Source: Rubripirellula sp.
GTDB taxonomy: Bacteria; Planctomycetota; Planctomycetia; Pirellulales; Pirellulaceae
Assembly: GCA_965216875.1 (NCBI GenBank)
Contig: OZ244207.1
Span: forward strand, 1,632,001-1,696,000
Direction of reading: 5' to 3'
DNA length: 64,000 nucleotides
Within the stretch, counting starts at the first letter, position 1. The number at the start of each line of letters is the position of its first letter. A program made the position numbers and the translations under genes. Shown here one piece after another: positions 1 to 9,163 of the stretch. The notes beneath the pieces are model-generated. The model made no database searches, had not been told where the DNA came from, and was given only the letters and a program-made list of their open reading frames with translations.

Positions 1-1527
1 TTCGTGGCGTAGACGCATTCGATTGAATGGGCTTTTGAGGTGAATCAGATTCACGAGCATCGGAGTCTTTTCGCGGGTGTCGGATGGCAGGAAATAGAAA
101 CCCGCTGGGATGCCGCTTGCCTCTCCAACTGGATCGGGAGAGATCCAGTGGCGCTTGTAATTCCCTTTCACGGTTGCTCCGAGATTGGGTCCGGCGTAGA
201 TGAAGACGTAGTCGCGACGACTATGGGTGTCGCCGTTGAAAAGCAACGAGGTTTGGTCGATGCCATCGATCACACAATCGCGCGGAATCGTTTTGGAGGC
301 CTGGCCAAGTCGTGCAAAGGTGGTGAAGAGATCGACTTCATGAATGATGTCGCCGACAATTTGTCCGGGCTCGATTGTTCCTGGCCACCAAGCTTGGGAA
401 GGGACACGAACGCCGCCTTCAAGAAAGTCACCTTTTCCGCCACGGAAGATTGTTTCGGTGAAACCGCATCCCGGAGGCGGGTTGTGGGCCATCGGTCCAT
501 TGTCGGCATTGCAAACAAGCAACGTGTTCTCGGCGATGCCCAGTTCACGAAGCTTTGCCATCACCTTGCCAACAAACGGGTCGACGTTGCCTTGCAGGCC
601 GTCCTGTAGAAGGCTGCGTCCCTGTGAGATCTTTTCGGGGCTTGGTAGGAACGAAGCCATGTTTGGCCAGTTGGCAACGAAGAAAGGTTTGCCTGCTTTC
701 GCGTTTCGTTCGATGAAGTCAAGCGTCCGCCGCTGTGCCTCGGCGTCCATCTTCAGGTAGGTGTCGTGACTGTTGTCGCCCCATTGTCGCGCTGCGCCGC
801 CCTTGGTTCCTTCCAATGCCAGGACCCAGCCCTTGGTGATAAAGGTGTCATCAAGTTTGTAGGGATCCTCGGGAAGCATGTCTTCATGCAAGCCGATGGT
901 GGCGTTGGCGGCTTCGCCCTTCTTGGACCACAGCGAGAGGATTTGGTTGTAGCCGGTAAAAAAGGCTTCATCGAAGCCTTGGTTGTGGGCATAGCTTTCC
1001 TCGATATCGCCGAGGTGCCATTTGCCATGGAAGGCAGTCGCGTAGCCAGCTTCAGAAAGAACTTCGGCAATGGTGACTTCGGATTTTCGAAGTCCATGCG
1101 ATTCGCGAAGCATCCCGATGTTGTACATGCTGTTACGGACCGGATGACGGCCGGTCATGCAAGCGGCGCGGCTCGGCGTGCAGCCGACTTCGGTATAGAA
1201 GCGCGTGAAGAGGATGCCTTCACTCGCCATCGCATTGAGGTTGGGCGTTTCGAACCCGCGTACTTTTTGGATTGCTGGGATGCCGACATCGCCATAGGCC
1301 GTGTCGTCCCACATGATGTGGACGATGTTCGGGGGGGCGCCGTACTTTTCCCGCAATTCCGCCAGACGCTGGTCGAGGGCTTTGTCCTCGGCGTCCCAAC
1401 GCTGCCCATTTTGGGCCTCGAGGACGTAGTATTCGGCATCATGAACGATCGGGTCGGCGGCACCGACCGGAAAGGCTGCTGCAGTCACAGCAGCCAACAA
1501 CGCAAGTGTGATTAGTGGACGTGACAA
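1..1527 (-). CDS. Secreted arylsulfatase-family sulfatase (3' end runs off the window)
   Basis: Not in the ORF track because it has no stop in the window. Manual translation from TTG at 1527, after an AGGGAG RBS, gives LSRPLITLALLAAVTAAAFPVGAA (signal peptide), PNIVHIMWDD and the sulfatase signature GCTPSRAACMTGR. Confidence 0.9.
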   Translation of the reverse strand, partial: MSRPLITLALLAAVTAAAFPVGAADPIVHDAEYYVLEAQNGQRWDAEDKALDQRLAELREKYGAPPNIVHIMWDDTAYGDVGIPAIQKVRGFETPNLNAMASEGILFTRFYTEVGCTPSRAACMTGRHPVRNSMYNIGMLRESHGLRKSEVTIAEVLSEAGYATAFHGKWHLGDIEESYAHNQGFDEAFFTGYNQILSLWSKKGEAANATIGLHEDMLPEDPYKLDDTFITKGWVLALEGTKGGAARQWGDNSHDTYLKMDAEAQRRTLDFIERNAKAGKPFFVANWPNMASFLPSPEKISQGRSLLQDGLQGNVDPFVGKVMAKLRELGIAENTLLVCNADNGPMAHNPPPGCGFTETIFRGGKGDFLEGGVRVPSQAWWPGTIEPGQIVGDIIHEVDLFTTFARLGQASKTIPRDCVIDGIDQTSLLFNGDTHSRRDYVFIYAGPNLGATVKGNYKRHWISPDPVGEASGIPAGFYFLPSDTREKTPMLVNLIHLKSPFNRMRLRHE

Positions 1528-1866
1528 GATGATTCTCCCTCGTGCGTTTGTTTGCGAGTCGCGAGTGATTGAGCATCCAGCGTGGGCATTGTTCCGCCAA
1601 CGCTGTCTCGGTTCGACCGCGTGCCCCCAGGATAGGCCGTCGGCAAGCGATTGCCACCGCAGACTAGTCGACATTGTTACAGCTTCTTGAAAACGAAGCC
1701 GTAGGCAGAATTGCGGAAAACTGACCGTCGATCGAACATCGGTGGGAACTCAACCGCGGGAAAAGTATACTCATTCCACGCTCAGACGTTCGAAACGCAC
1801 CAGCGGGGTGCCGTCCAAGCTGAGCGGGTATTCGACATCTCATGATTTTTGTTATTTGGGTTCAGG

Positions 1867-4800
1867 ATGAAGCGGAATCGGAGTCGCGGTCGACGGCGAG
1901 GACTAGCAGTTGAATCGCTCGAACGACGTGAGTTGCTTGCGGCACGCATCAGTGAAGTAATGGTTGATCCGCTGTTCGGTGACAATGACAGGGAGCAATA
2001 CATCGAGCTGCGCGGTGAACCTCATCAGACGCTCAATGACGGAACGTATTTGGTTGTCGTCAGTGAACGGTCGCCTTCCCCCGGAAAGATTCATGGGATT
2101 TTCGATCTTAGCGGACAGGCCTTTGGTAGTAATGGCTACCTCGTCTTGCTGCAGATGGATCATCCCTACGACATCGCCGAGGGAGCCAACGCGCTGGTTT
2201 CTGAGGAGGTTGGCTTCGGCGGACTGCCGGGAGACATTTATTCCGATAGCCATTCGTTGTCAGAACGAATTGACTTCATCATCGGTGCCAATACCTACAT
2301 GCTGATTCAATCAGATGTTGCGCCGATTTTGGAGCAGAATATTGACGGCGACGAGGACGGCCAAATCGATGCCAATGTTTTGGCAGATTGGACCATCCAT
2401 GATTCCATTTCTTTGCATCCGTTTGTCGGTCGTGGCCCTCACGCCTATGGTCAGATCGTGTTTGCGGAAATCGGCACTGGGCCGGGCGACATTGCCGTCG
2501 GCGAAGGGGTCGAGTTGATTCACACCGAAGGCTTTGGCTACGCCGGTCGAGTCGGTGAATCATTTGGAAGCAGCAGTGAAGAATGGATTGCCAGTACCGC
2601 GCAGAACGAGAATCTGCACACCGAACTGCCACCGAAATGGGCGCTGGCGGACAATCTGTTTGGCGAACCAAGCCAATATCCTTATGCCGGTCGAGACCTG
2701 GACCATGTCGGCGAAGCCAATTTTGTTGGTGGCGTCCGAGGCACGGTTACGGATCAATCAGGTGCCGTCGTTGAAAACGCGAAAGTGTTTGCCGATGTTG
2801 ACGGCAACGGCATCCACAATTCGATCACGCATTATGTTGATGCCGATGGATTAATCGATCCACTCGATCCATTGCGTGACGAGAAAGAATACCCGCTGAT
2901 CAATGCCTTCCCTGGAGTGACGGTTACGAACTTTGCGCTTGATTCGTTTCCAGCGCATGCGGTGACGGGTGAAAAGGAAAGTGACTTCCCCAATACCCTT
3001 GAGAACCGCATTTTTGCCAAGGGAGGCATTGATTGGTTCAGCAACGGGGGCGTCTTGCGTTTTGATTTCTATCGCCCGGTCAGCGCCGTTTCGATTGTTG
3101 CTATTGGTAACGACAACCCACTTTCGAAAGTCTACGGAAAGCTGGAAGCCTACGACGCAGAAGGTGAACTCATTGACGAAGACCTGAGCGGTCTGCTCGT
3201 TGACAGCGACCGTCAAAGAATCTCAGTCGCCAGCGGTCAAGACAACATTGCCTACGTCTTCGCGTATGCGGATGAGAATCATGAAGACGGCGGGCCGTTT
3301 GGACGCTTCGACGACATGGCGTTCACGCAACTCGAACCATCGGCGTTTACCGACGAGGAGGGATACTATGAGATTCGCCATCTTTTCCCTGAAACCTACG
3401 AAGTCCAGGTGGAATCAGGGTTCTTGGTAAGTCCTGTGCGAACCGCTGAAGTGACGCGGTACGAGAATTATGAATTCGACTTCGGCCTCGCACCTAACAA
3501 GTCGCCGATTGCCTCGCCGGCCAACTACACCGTCAGTGAAAACCCATCGGGGCGCGTTGTGGTTGGGAGCGTGATTGCGTCGGATCCCGACGGGCACGAG
3601 CTCTCTTATTCGATCAGTGGCGCCGAAAGTGGGCTCTTCCGAATCGACTCGGAAACCGGTTGGATGACCACCGAGTCGGACGCTGATCTCAATTTTGAGG
3701 AAAAGTCATCCTATTCATTTACGGCAACGGTGACGGACGAACTGGGTGCGTTTGTCAACGTGGATGTCAACATCACCGTTGGGGATCTGAACGAAGTACC
3801 ACAGGCCTTCAGTGACACCTTTAGCATTCTCGAGACGGCTGAGGTCGCTTCGGAGGTTGGTACTGTCGACGCAATGGACCCCGACAATAACCAGCAACTC
3901 ACCTACACGATTGTTGGCGGAAGCGGGCAGGGTAACTTCCATCTGAACTCATCGACCGGTGAGATCACCGTGCTGCGTCCCCTTTCGGTGATCGACGACG
4001 TGACGCAAACGTTGCTTGTCCGTGTTCGCGACAACGGGACGCCTTCGTTGACGACAACGACCAACATCAACATCATCGTGGGCGATGTGAACCAGCCGCC
4101 GCTGATGCCCTCACGGACCTTCAACGTGCCTGAGTCGCAGACGGGCTTTTCGTTTGTTGGTGCCATTGCGGCAAGTGATCCGGACGTGGGTCAGACGATA
4201 ACGTACGCGCAAGAGAACGCTCAAACGAGCCTCTTTGAAGTTGACGCATCCAACGGCAACGTCTTTTTGAAAGCCGGCGTGGACCTCGATTTCGAGTCAA
4301 CCAAACAGTACACGATTCGCGTCACGGCGACCGACAATGGTGATCCGGCACGGTCGACCACGACGGAACACACCATTAACGTCTCTGACATCAACGAGGC
4401 ACCTGAGCTTGGCGAAGCAACGTTGACATTGTCTGAGGACGCCCAACAGGGTGATGAAGTTGGCATCGTCCCCGCGGGCGACCCCGATACGGAAGCTGAT
4501 CAATCGTTGTCGTTCGAGATCGTCGGTGGCTCGGGTTCGGGCATCTTCGAGATTGAGGAAACAACGGGACTCGTCAAGGTTGCGGATTCCAGTCAGCTCG
4601 ATTTTGAGACCACCGAGAGCTACACAATCGACGTCACCGTGACCGACGACGGTGTTCCTTCTCGCTCAGACAGCAACCGGTTCACCATTTCGATTGAAAA
4701 TGTCAACGAACCGCCCAATCTGGTCACTCAGGAAATCAGCGTCCCTGAAGATAGTTCCGGCGAGATTGCTCAGCTTGTGGTGAGCGATCCCGAGCCAGGT

Positions 4801-5616
4801 CAGACGCATACCTATGAGCTCATTGGTGGAACTGCCGACGACATTGTCAGCGTGTCGCCGTCCGGTATTGTGACTTTGTTGCAGCCGCTCGATTTCGAAA
4901 CGACGTCGTCCTACGCGATGGAGATTCGGGTCACCGACAACGGGGACCCGTCCGCTTCGACAACCACCACGATTCCTCTGAATGTGGCCGATGTTGACGA
5001 AGCACCGGAGTTTGTATCGGAGTGGACACCGCCCAACGCGATGACGGGCGAGATGTTCGAATTTGGACTCGGGGAGGAGCCGGTTGATGATCAAGACGGC
5101 GACGACTGGGTGATCGAAGCGTCGATCGCGGGTGAGAATCTTCCCGATTGGTTGACGTTCGACGAGGCGAGCTGGACATTCACGGGGATACCATCGTCGT
5201 TCTTTGCAGGCACCTTCACGGTCACGCTCACCGCGTTCGATCCAGACACGCCCGACAATTCGACGTCGATCACGCTCAGCTGGATCGTTGATGTCAGCGA
5301 GAATCCGCTGCACAACTCTGTCAATCCACACGACGTCAATAACGACAACCGGATCAGCGCAGGCGATGCACTGCGGATCATCAACGCCCTGAACTTCGAG
5401 GAACTTGCAGGTGAGATCGATCAAACGATCCGCAATCTGCAATTCTACGACGTCACCGGCGACAACAAGGTTACCGCGCGCGATGCGCTCGTCGTGATCA
5501 ACCGGATGGCCCAGCTTCCACCGGTCGGCGAGCAAGTGTTGCTCGACACGCCTGTCGATGAAGAACGCAACGATGCAGCGTTGATTGATCTATTAGCAGA
5601 GTCGACGCTGTTTTAG
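1867..5616 (+). CDS. Large planctomycete extracellular protein with cadherin repeats, an Ig-like domain and a C-terminal dockerin-like domain
   Basis: N-terminal RRRGLAVESLERRELLA motif; repeated DPD / DFE / DxNEAP cadherin motifs; C-terminal DVNNDNRISAGDAL...DVTGDNKVTARDAL dockerin duplication. Start chosen at ATG 1867. Confidence 0.88.
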   Translation: MKRNRSRGRRRGLAVESLERRELLAARISEVMVDPLFGDNDREQYIELRGEPHQTLNDGTYLVVVSERSPSPGKIHGIFDLSGQAFGSNGYLVLLQMDHPYDIAEGANALVSEEVGFGGLPGDIYSDSHSLSERIDFIIGANTYMLIQSDVAPILEQNIDGDEDGQIDANVLADWTIHDSISLHPFVGRGPHAYGQIVFAEIGTGPGDIAVGEGVELIHTEGFGYAGRVGESFGSSSEEWIASTAQNENLHTELPPKWALADNLFGEPSQYPYAGRDLDHVGEANFVGGVRGTVTDQSGAVVENAKVFADVDGNGIHNSITHYVDADGLIDPLDPLRDEKEYPLINAFPGVTVTNFALDSFPAHAVTGEKESDFPNTLENRIFAKGGIDWFSNGGVLRFDFYRPVSAVSIVAIGNDNPLSKVYGKLEAYDAEGELIDEDLSGLLVDSDRQRISVASGQDNIAYVFAYADENHEDGGPFGRFDDMAFTQLEPSAFTDEEGYYEIRHLFPETYEVQVESGFLVSPVRTAEVTRYENYEFDFGLAPNKSPIASPANYTVSENPSGRVVVGSVIASDPDGHELSYSISGAESGLFRIDSETGWMTTESDADLNFEEKSSYSFTATVTDELGAFVNVDVNITVGDLNEVPQAFSDTFSILETAEVASEVGTVDAMDPDNNQQLTYTIVGGSGQGNFHLNSSTGEITVLRPLSVIDDVTQTLLVRVRDNGTPSLTTTTNINIIVGDVNQPPLMPSRTFNVPESQTGFSFVGAIAASDPDVGQTITYAQENAQTSLFEVDASNGNVFLKAGVDLDFESTKQYTIRVTATDNGDPARSTTTEHTINVSDINEAPELGEATLTLSEDAQQGDEVGIVPAGDPDTEADQSLSFEIVGGSGSGIFEIEETTGLVKVADSSQLDFETTESYTIDVTVTDDGVPSRSDSNRFTISIENVNEPPNLVTQEISVPEDSSGEIAQLVVSDPEPGQTHTYELIGGTADDIVSVSPSGIVTLLQPLDFETTSSYAMEIRVTDNGDPSASTTTTIPLNVADVDEAPEFVSEWTPPNAMTGEMFEFGLGEEPVDDQDGDDWVIEASIAGENLPDWLTFDEASWTFTGIPSSFFAGTFTVTLTAFDPDTPDNSTSITLSWIVDVSENPLHNSVNPHDVNNDNRISAGDALRIINALNFEELAGEIDQTIRNLQFYDVTGDNKVTARDALVVINRMAQLPPVGEQVLLDTPVDEERNDAALIDLLAESTLF

Positions 5617-5635
5617 GGGCAAACCACACACGGCG

Positions 5636-6520
5636 CTAATCCTGTGGGAACACGCGATAGGGCCACCAGGCACCACGTTTGAAACGCAGGATGGCGACCA
5701 GCCGTCCTGACGCATTGATTGCCCCCGCTTCTTCTCCGGTGATCCCTGCCTCTTCTCCGGAAATGTTGGGGCATTCGATCGGGCGCCCGTTTCCTAGCAG
5801 CTCTTCTTGCTGCGCATCGACGCTCACCTGGGGAAGATCTGCCACCGCGAACTGCGCTGGCAAGATTTTGTCTGAGAACTGGTTCGCCTTGAGTTGCTCA
5901 AACTCAACCGCGTCCTCGATCTTGAACGGGCCGATCGCGGTCCGTTTCAAATAGGACATCACGGACTTGGTGCCGACGGCTTCGGCGAGGTCCATGCCGA
6001 GAGTCCGGACATAGGTGCCTGAACCACAAACGATATCGAGATCGACTTCGGGATATTCGTATCGCGTGACGCTCATCGAGTGCACGACCACTGTCCGTTT
6101 AGGCATTTCGACCTGCTGGCCGGCCCGTACGCGTTTGTAGGCGCGGCGTCCGTCGACTTTCACTGCCGAATGTGCAGGGGGAGTCTGTTCGATTTCACCA
6201 ACAAATCTGGTAGCCGCGTTTTGAAGTTGCTCGAGCGTCGGTTCAGGGTCGTCTTCGTGGAAGACGACTTCGTCCTCAAGGTCACCTGAAACCGTTGATT
6301 GCGCTAACCGGAATGTCGCTTGGTAGTGCTTGGCTTGATTTTGGACATAGGGCACGAGTCGTACGGCGCGACCAACACCGACAACAAGAACACCTTCGGC
6401 CAACGGGTCGAGCGTTCCCGCGTGACCTGCTTTTGCCGGTCGCACGCGGTTTTGAACGACGTTCACGATGTCACGCGAGGTGACTCCGGACGGTTTGTTA
6501 CAGCAGAGGAATCCAAACAT
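5636..6520 (-). CDS. truB: tRNA pseudouridine(55) synthase
   Basis: NKPSGVTSRD, GHAGTLDPLAEGVL, PPAHSAVKVDGRRAY and CGSGTYVRTL motifs. Confidence 0.96.
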   Translation of the reverse strand: MFGFLCCNKPSGVTSRDIVNVVQNRVRPAKAGHAGTLDPLAEGVLVVGVGRAVRLVPYVQNQAKHYQATFRLAQSTVSGDLEDEVVFHEDDPEPTLEQLQNAATRFVGEIEQTPPAHSAVKVDGRRAYKRVRAGQQVEMPKRTVVVHSMSVTRYEYPEVDLDIVCGSGTYVRTLGMDLAEAVGTKSVMSYLKRTAIGPFKIEDAVEFEQLKANQFSDKILPAQFAVADLPQVSVDAQQEELLGNGRPIECPNISGEEAGITGEEAGAINASGRLVAILRFKRGAWWPYRVFPQD

Positions 6521-6770
6521 GCTTTGCAAACGGGCGACGCAAATCGGATGCGCGCTGGGTCAGGGAATCGAAATGGAAACGACGCAACTTGCCACCGTCG
6601 ATGGTTTTGAGCAAGTCCCCAGGGTTGGGTTCCCCAGGATGAGGCAACCAACGAGTGGCGAGCATAGCGGTCGCTTCAGGCGTGCGGTTTCGCAAGAGCC
6701 GGAATCGGGGTAGCTTAGCGATCGACGATGAAAGACTCCACGAACGACTCACAGGAACGCAGGTTTTTCG

Positions 6771-7319
6771 ATGAACTCGGCGGAATCTGAAGACGAAAAG
6801 GTGCTGTTGCAAGGAGCACGTTTCAATGTGCACCAAATCAATCTCACTGGTTCAGACGGCAAATCCTATCCACGTGAGGTTGTGCGGCACCCTGGCGCCG
6901 TTGTCCTGCTGCCGCTGATAGATACCGATACGGTGGTTTTGATTAAGAACACGCGCAAAACCGTTGACGAGACGCTGCTTGAATTGCCGGCCGGTACGCG
7001 TGAAGAGGGCGAGCCTGCTGAGGCGACCGCGGCTCGTGAGCTGATCGAGGAAACGGGTTACAAAGCGGGGCATCTCAAGAAACTTCACGAGTTCTATTCT
7101 GCGCCGGGCATCTGCGACGAACTGATGCATTTTTATGTTGCGACCCACTTGGAACTTGGCGATCACGCGCGTGAAGCGACCGAGCAGATCGTCAACCACG
7201 TTGCGACCCGAGATGAAGTGGTCGAAATGATCGCCAACGGAGAAATTCGTGACGCGAAGACGCTGGTTGGCCTCTACGCATTCTTGTATTCTCCAGCAAT
7301 CACGACTCCGGCACGGTAG
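6771..7319 (+). CDS. NUDIX hydrolase (ADP-ribose pyrophosphatase-like)
   Basis: Nudix box LELPAGTREEGEPAEATAARELIEETGY; HPGAV; DAKT. Confidence 0.92.
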   Translation: MNSAESEDEKVLLQGARFNVHQINLTGSDGKSYPREVVRHPGAVVLLPLIDTDTVVLIKNTRKTVDETLLELPAGTREEGEPAEATAARELIEETGYKAGHLKKLHEFYSAPGICDELMHFYVATHLELGDHAREATEQIVNHVATRDEVVEMIANGEIRDAKTLVGLYAFLYSPAITTPAR

Positions 7320-7370
7320 CAGCAGCCGGGCTTTTGGAGGTTAGCGGACCCAAGAAAAGCAAGACGACCG

Positions 7371-8033
7371 ATGCAAGAACCTCTATCGAGACGATGTTTG
7401 GCAGAGTTCATCAGCACCTTCATTTTGGTGTTGATCGGCTGCGGCGCAATGGCCGTCGATTTTCGGACCGGATTGTTGACACATGTCGGTGTGGCAACAG
7501 TGTGGGGGCTTGTCGTGATGGTCATGATCTACACGGTCGGCGATCTGAGCGGAGCCCACATGAACCCCGCCGTCTCCATCGCGATGGTTGTCCTTCGGCG
7601 GATGAAGGCTGTTGATGCGGGGGCCTACATTGTCGCGCAGTGTGCCGGTGCGCTCGCCGGTGCGGCCGCCATCCGTGCTGTGTTGGGTGTCGATGAAATG
7701 TTGCTTGGATCGACCAACACAAAGCTTGAGCTGCCTGTCGGCATGATGGTCGAAATGATGATGACGGCAATTCTGTTGTTTGTCGTCATCGGTGTTTCGA
7801 CCGGTGCAAAAGAAGAAGGCGTGACGGCGGGGCTGGCCGTCGGTGCCACGATCGCCATGGAGGCGTTTGTAGCGGGGCCATTGACCAAAGCGTCGATGAA
7901 TCCAGCCCGTAGTCTCGGACCCGCCGTCGTCGCGGGGGATGTCAGTCAACTTTGGATCTACATCGTTGGTCCGATTTTGGGCGGGATCATCGGAGCCCTC
8001 ATCCACACCGCCCTGCGTCCAAAGACGGACTAA
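7371..8033 (+). CDS. MIP family aquaporin/aquaglyceroporin
   Basis: AEF at the N-terminus, SGAHMNPAVS and SMNPARSLGPA (two NPA motifs), hydrophobic helices. Confidence 0.95.
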   Translation: MQEPLSRRCLAEFISTFILVLIGCGAMAVDFRTGLLTHVGVATVWGLVVMVMIYTVGDLSGAHMNPAVSIAMVVLRRMKAVDAGAYIVAQCAGALAGAAAIRAVLGVDEMLLGSTNTKLELPVGMMVEMMMTAILLFVVIGVSTGAKEEGVTAGLAVGATIAMEAFVAGPLTKASMNPARSLGPAVVAGDVSQLWIYIVGPILGGIIGALIHTALRPKTD

Positions 8034-8050
8034 TCCGTAAGACGAGCTAC

Positions 8051-8920
8051 GTCGGGGTGTGTGCTCGCACGGACCACAGCGCCAGTTTTCGTGAGCCGAA
8101 CGCGCTAGCGGCGTCAGGCCTTCGACCTTCGTAGCTACGCTCGCCAGAGCGTGGGGTGATGGGGAGTTGCATTGACATTGCGGGCCACCTTCTGGCGGAG
8201 GTGGCTACGGCTGGGACGGGACGCGGAGCGTCCGAGAGTTCGTTACCACGCGGAGCGTGGTAACGAGGTTGGTAGGGTGTGTGCTTGCACGCACCACACC
8301 GCCAATTTTCGTGAGCCGAACGTGCTAGCGGCGTCGGGCCTTCCACCTCCGTAGCTACGCTCGCCAGCGTGGCGTGATGGGGAGTTACCTGACATTGCGG
8401 ACCACCTTCTGGCGAAGGTAGCTACGTCTGGGACGGGACGCGGAGCGTCCGAGTGTTCGTTACCACGCGGAGCGTGGTAACGAGGTTGGTAGGGTGTGTG
8501 CTTGCACGGACCTTTCGTGAGCCGAACGCGCTAGCGGCGTCGGGCCTTCCACCTTCGTAGCTACGCTCGCCAGAGTGTGGGGTGATGGGGAGCCGCTTGA
8601 CATTGCGGACCACCTTCTGGCGAAGGTAGTTACGTCTGGGAAGGGACGCGGAGCGTCCGAGAGTTCGTTACCACGCGGAGCGTGGTAACGAGGTCGGTAG
8701 GGTGTGTGATTGCACGGACCACACCGCCAGTTTTCGTGAGCCGAACGCGCTAGCGGCGTCGGGCCTTCCACCTCCGTAGCTACGCTCGCCAGAGCGTGGG
8801 GGGATGGGGAGTTGCATTGACATTGCGGACCACCTTCAGGTGAAGGTAGCTACGTCTGGGAAGGGACACGGAGCGCTCGAGAGTTCGTTACCACGCGTAG
8901 CGTGGTAACGAGGTCGGTAG
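8051..8920. repeat. Four tandem composite REP/BIME-like units of about 208-220 bp
   Basis: Units start near 8052, 8272, 8489 and 8697. Each has variants of GTAGGGTGTGTGCTTGCACG, GTGAGCCGAACGCGCTAGCG, GTAGCTACGCTCGCCAGAGCGTGG plus inverted CCACCTTCTGGCGAAGGTAGCTAC, GGACGCGGAGCGTCC and TCGTTACCACGCGGAGCGTGGTAACGA. Confidence 0.93.
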
Positions 8921-9163
8921 TGGTATTTCGCGAACCGCGATCGCGTGAGCGACCAGGCCTTGCACTCAATTACACGAAATGCGAACGCGTCAGGCGGAGC
9001 ATGACCTATAAAGAGGTCTGGTTGTAGCGGTATCAAGGCTTGCGCCTGTCGTGAGGTGAAACGGACTTCGATTTGATTGGGCATGTTTCATGGGTCGATC
9101 AAAAAAGACGAGCTGCATTCTCGTTTTGCTGCAGCGACCTCCCAATCAACCCGAAGCACGCCC

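Noticed and set aside
40..1515. Plus-strand ORFs 40..609 and 766..1515
   Set aside because: Antisense shadows of the minus-strand sulfatase.
5720..5765. Short duplication in truB (GEEAG twice)
   Set aside because: Small in-frame duplication in a variable C-terminal loop, unlikely to be functionally notable.
8051..8920. CRISPR array or short repeated ORFs (8047..8346, 8460..8771 and others)
   Set aside because: No unique spacers; the ORFs are translations of the palindromic repeat with no RBS or protein features.
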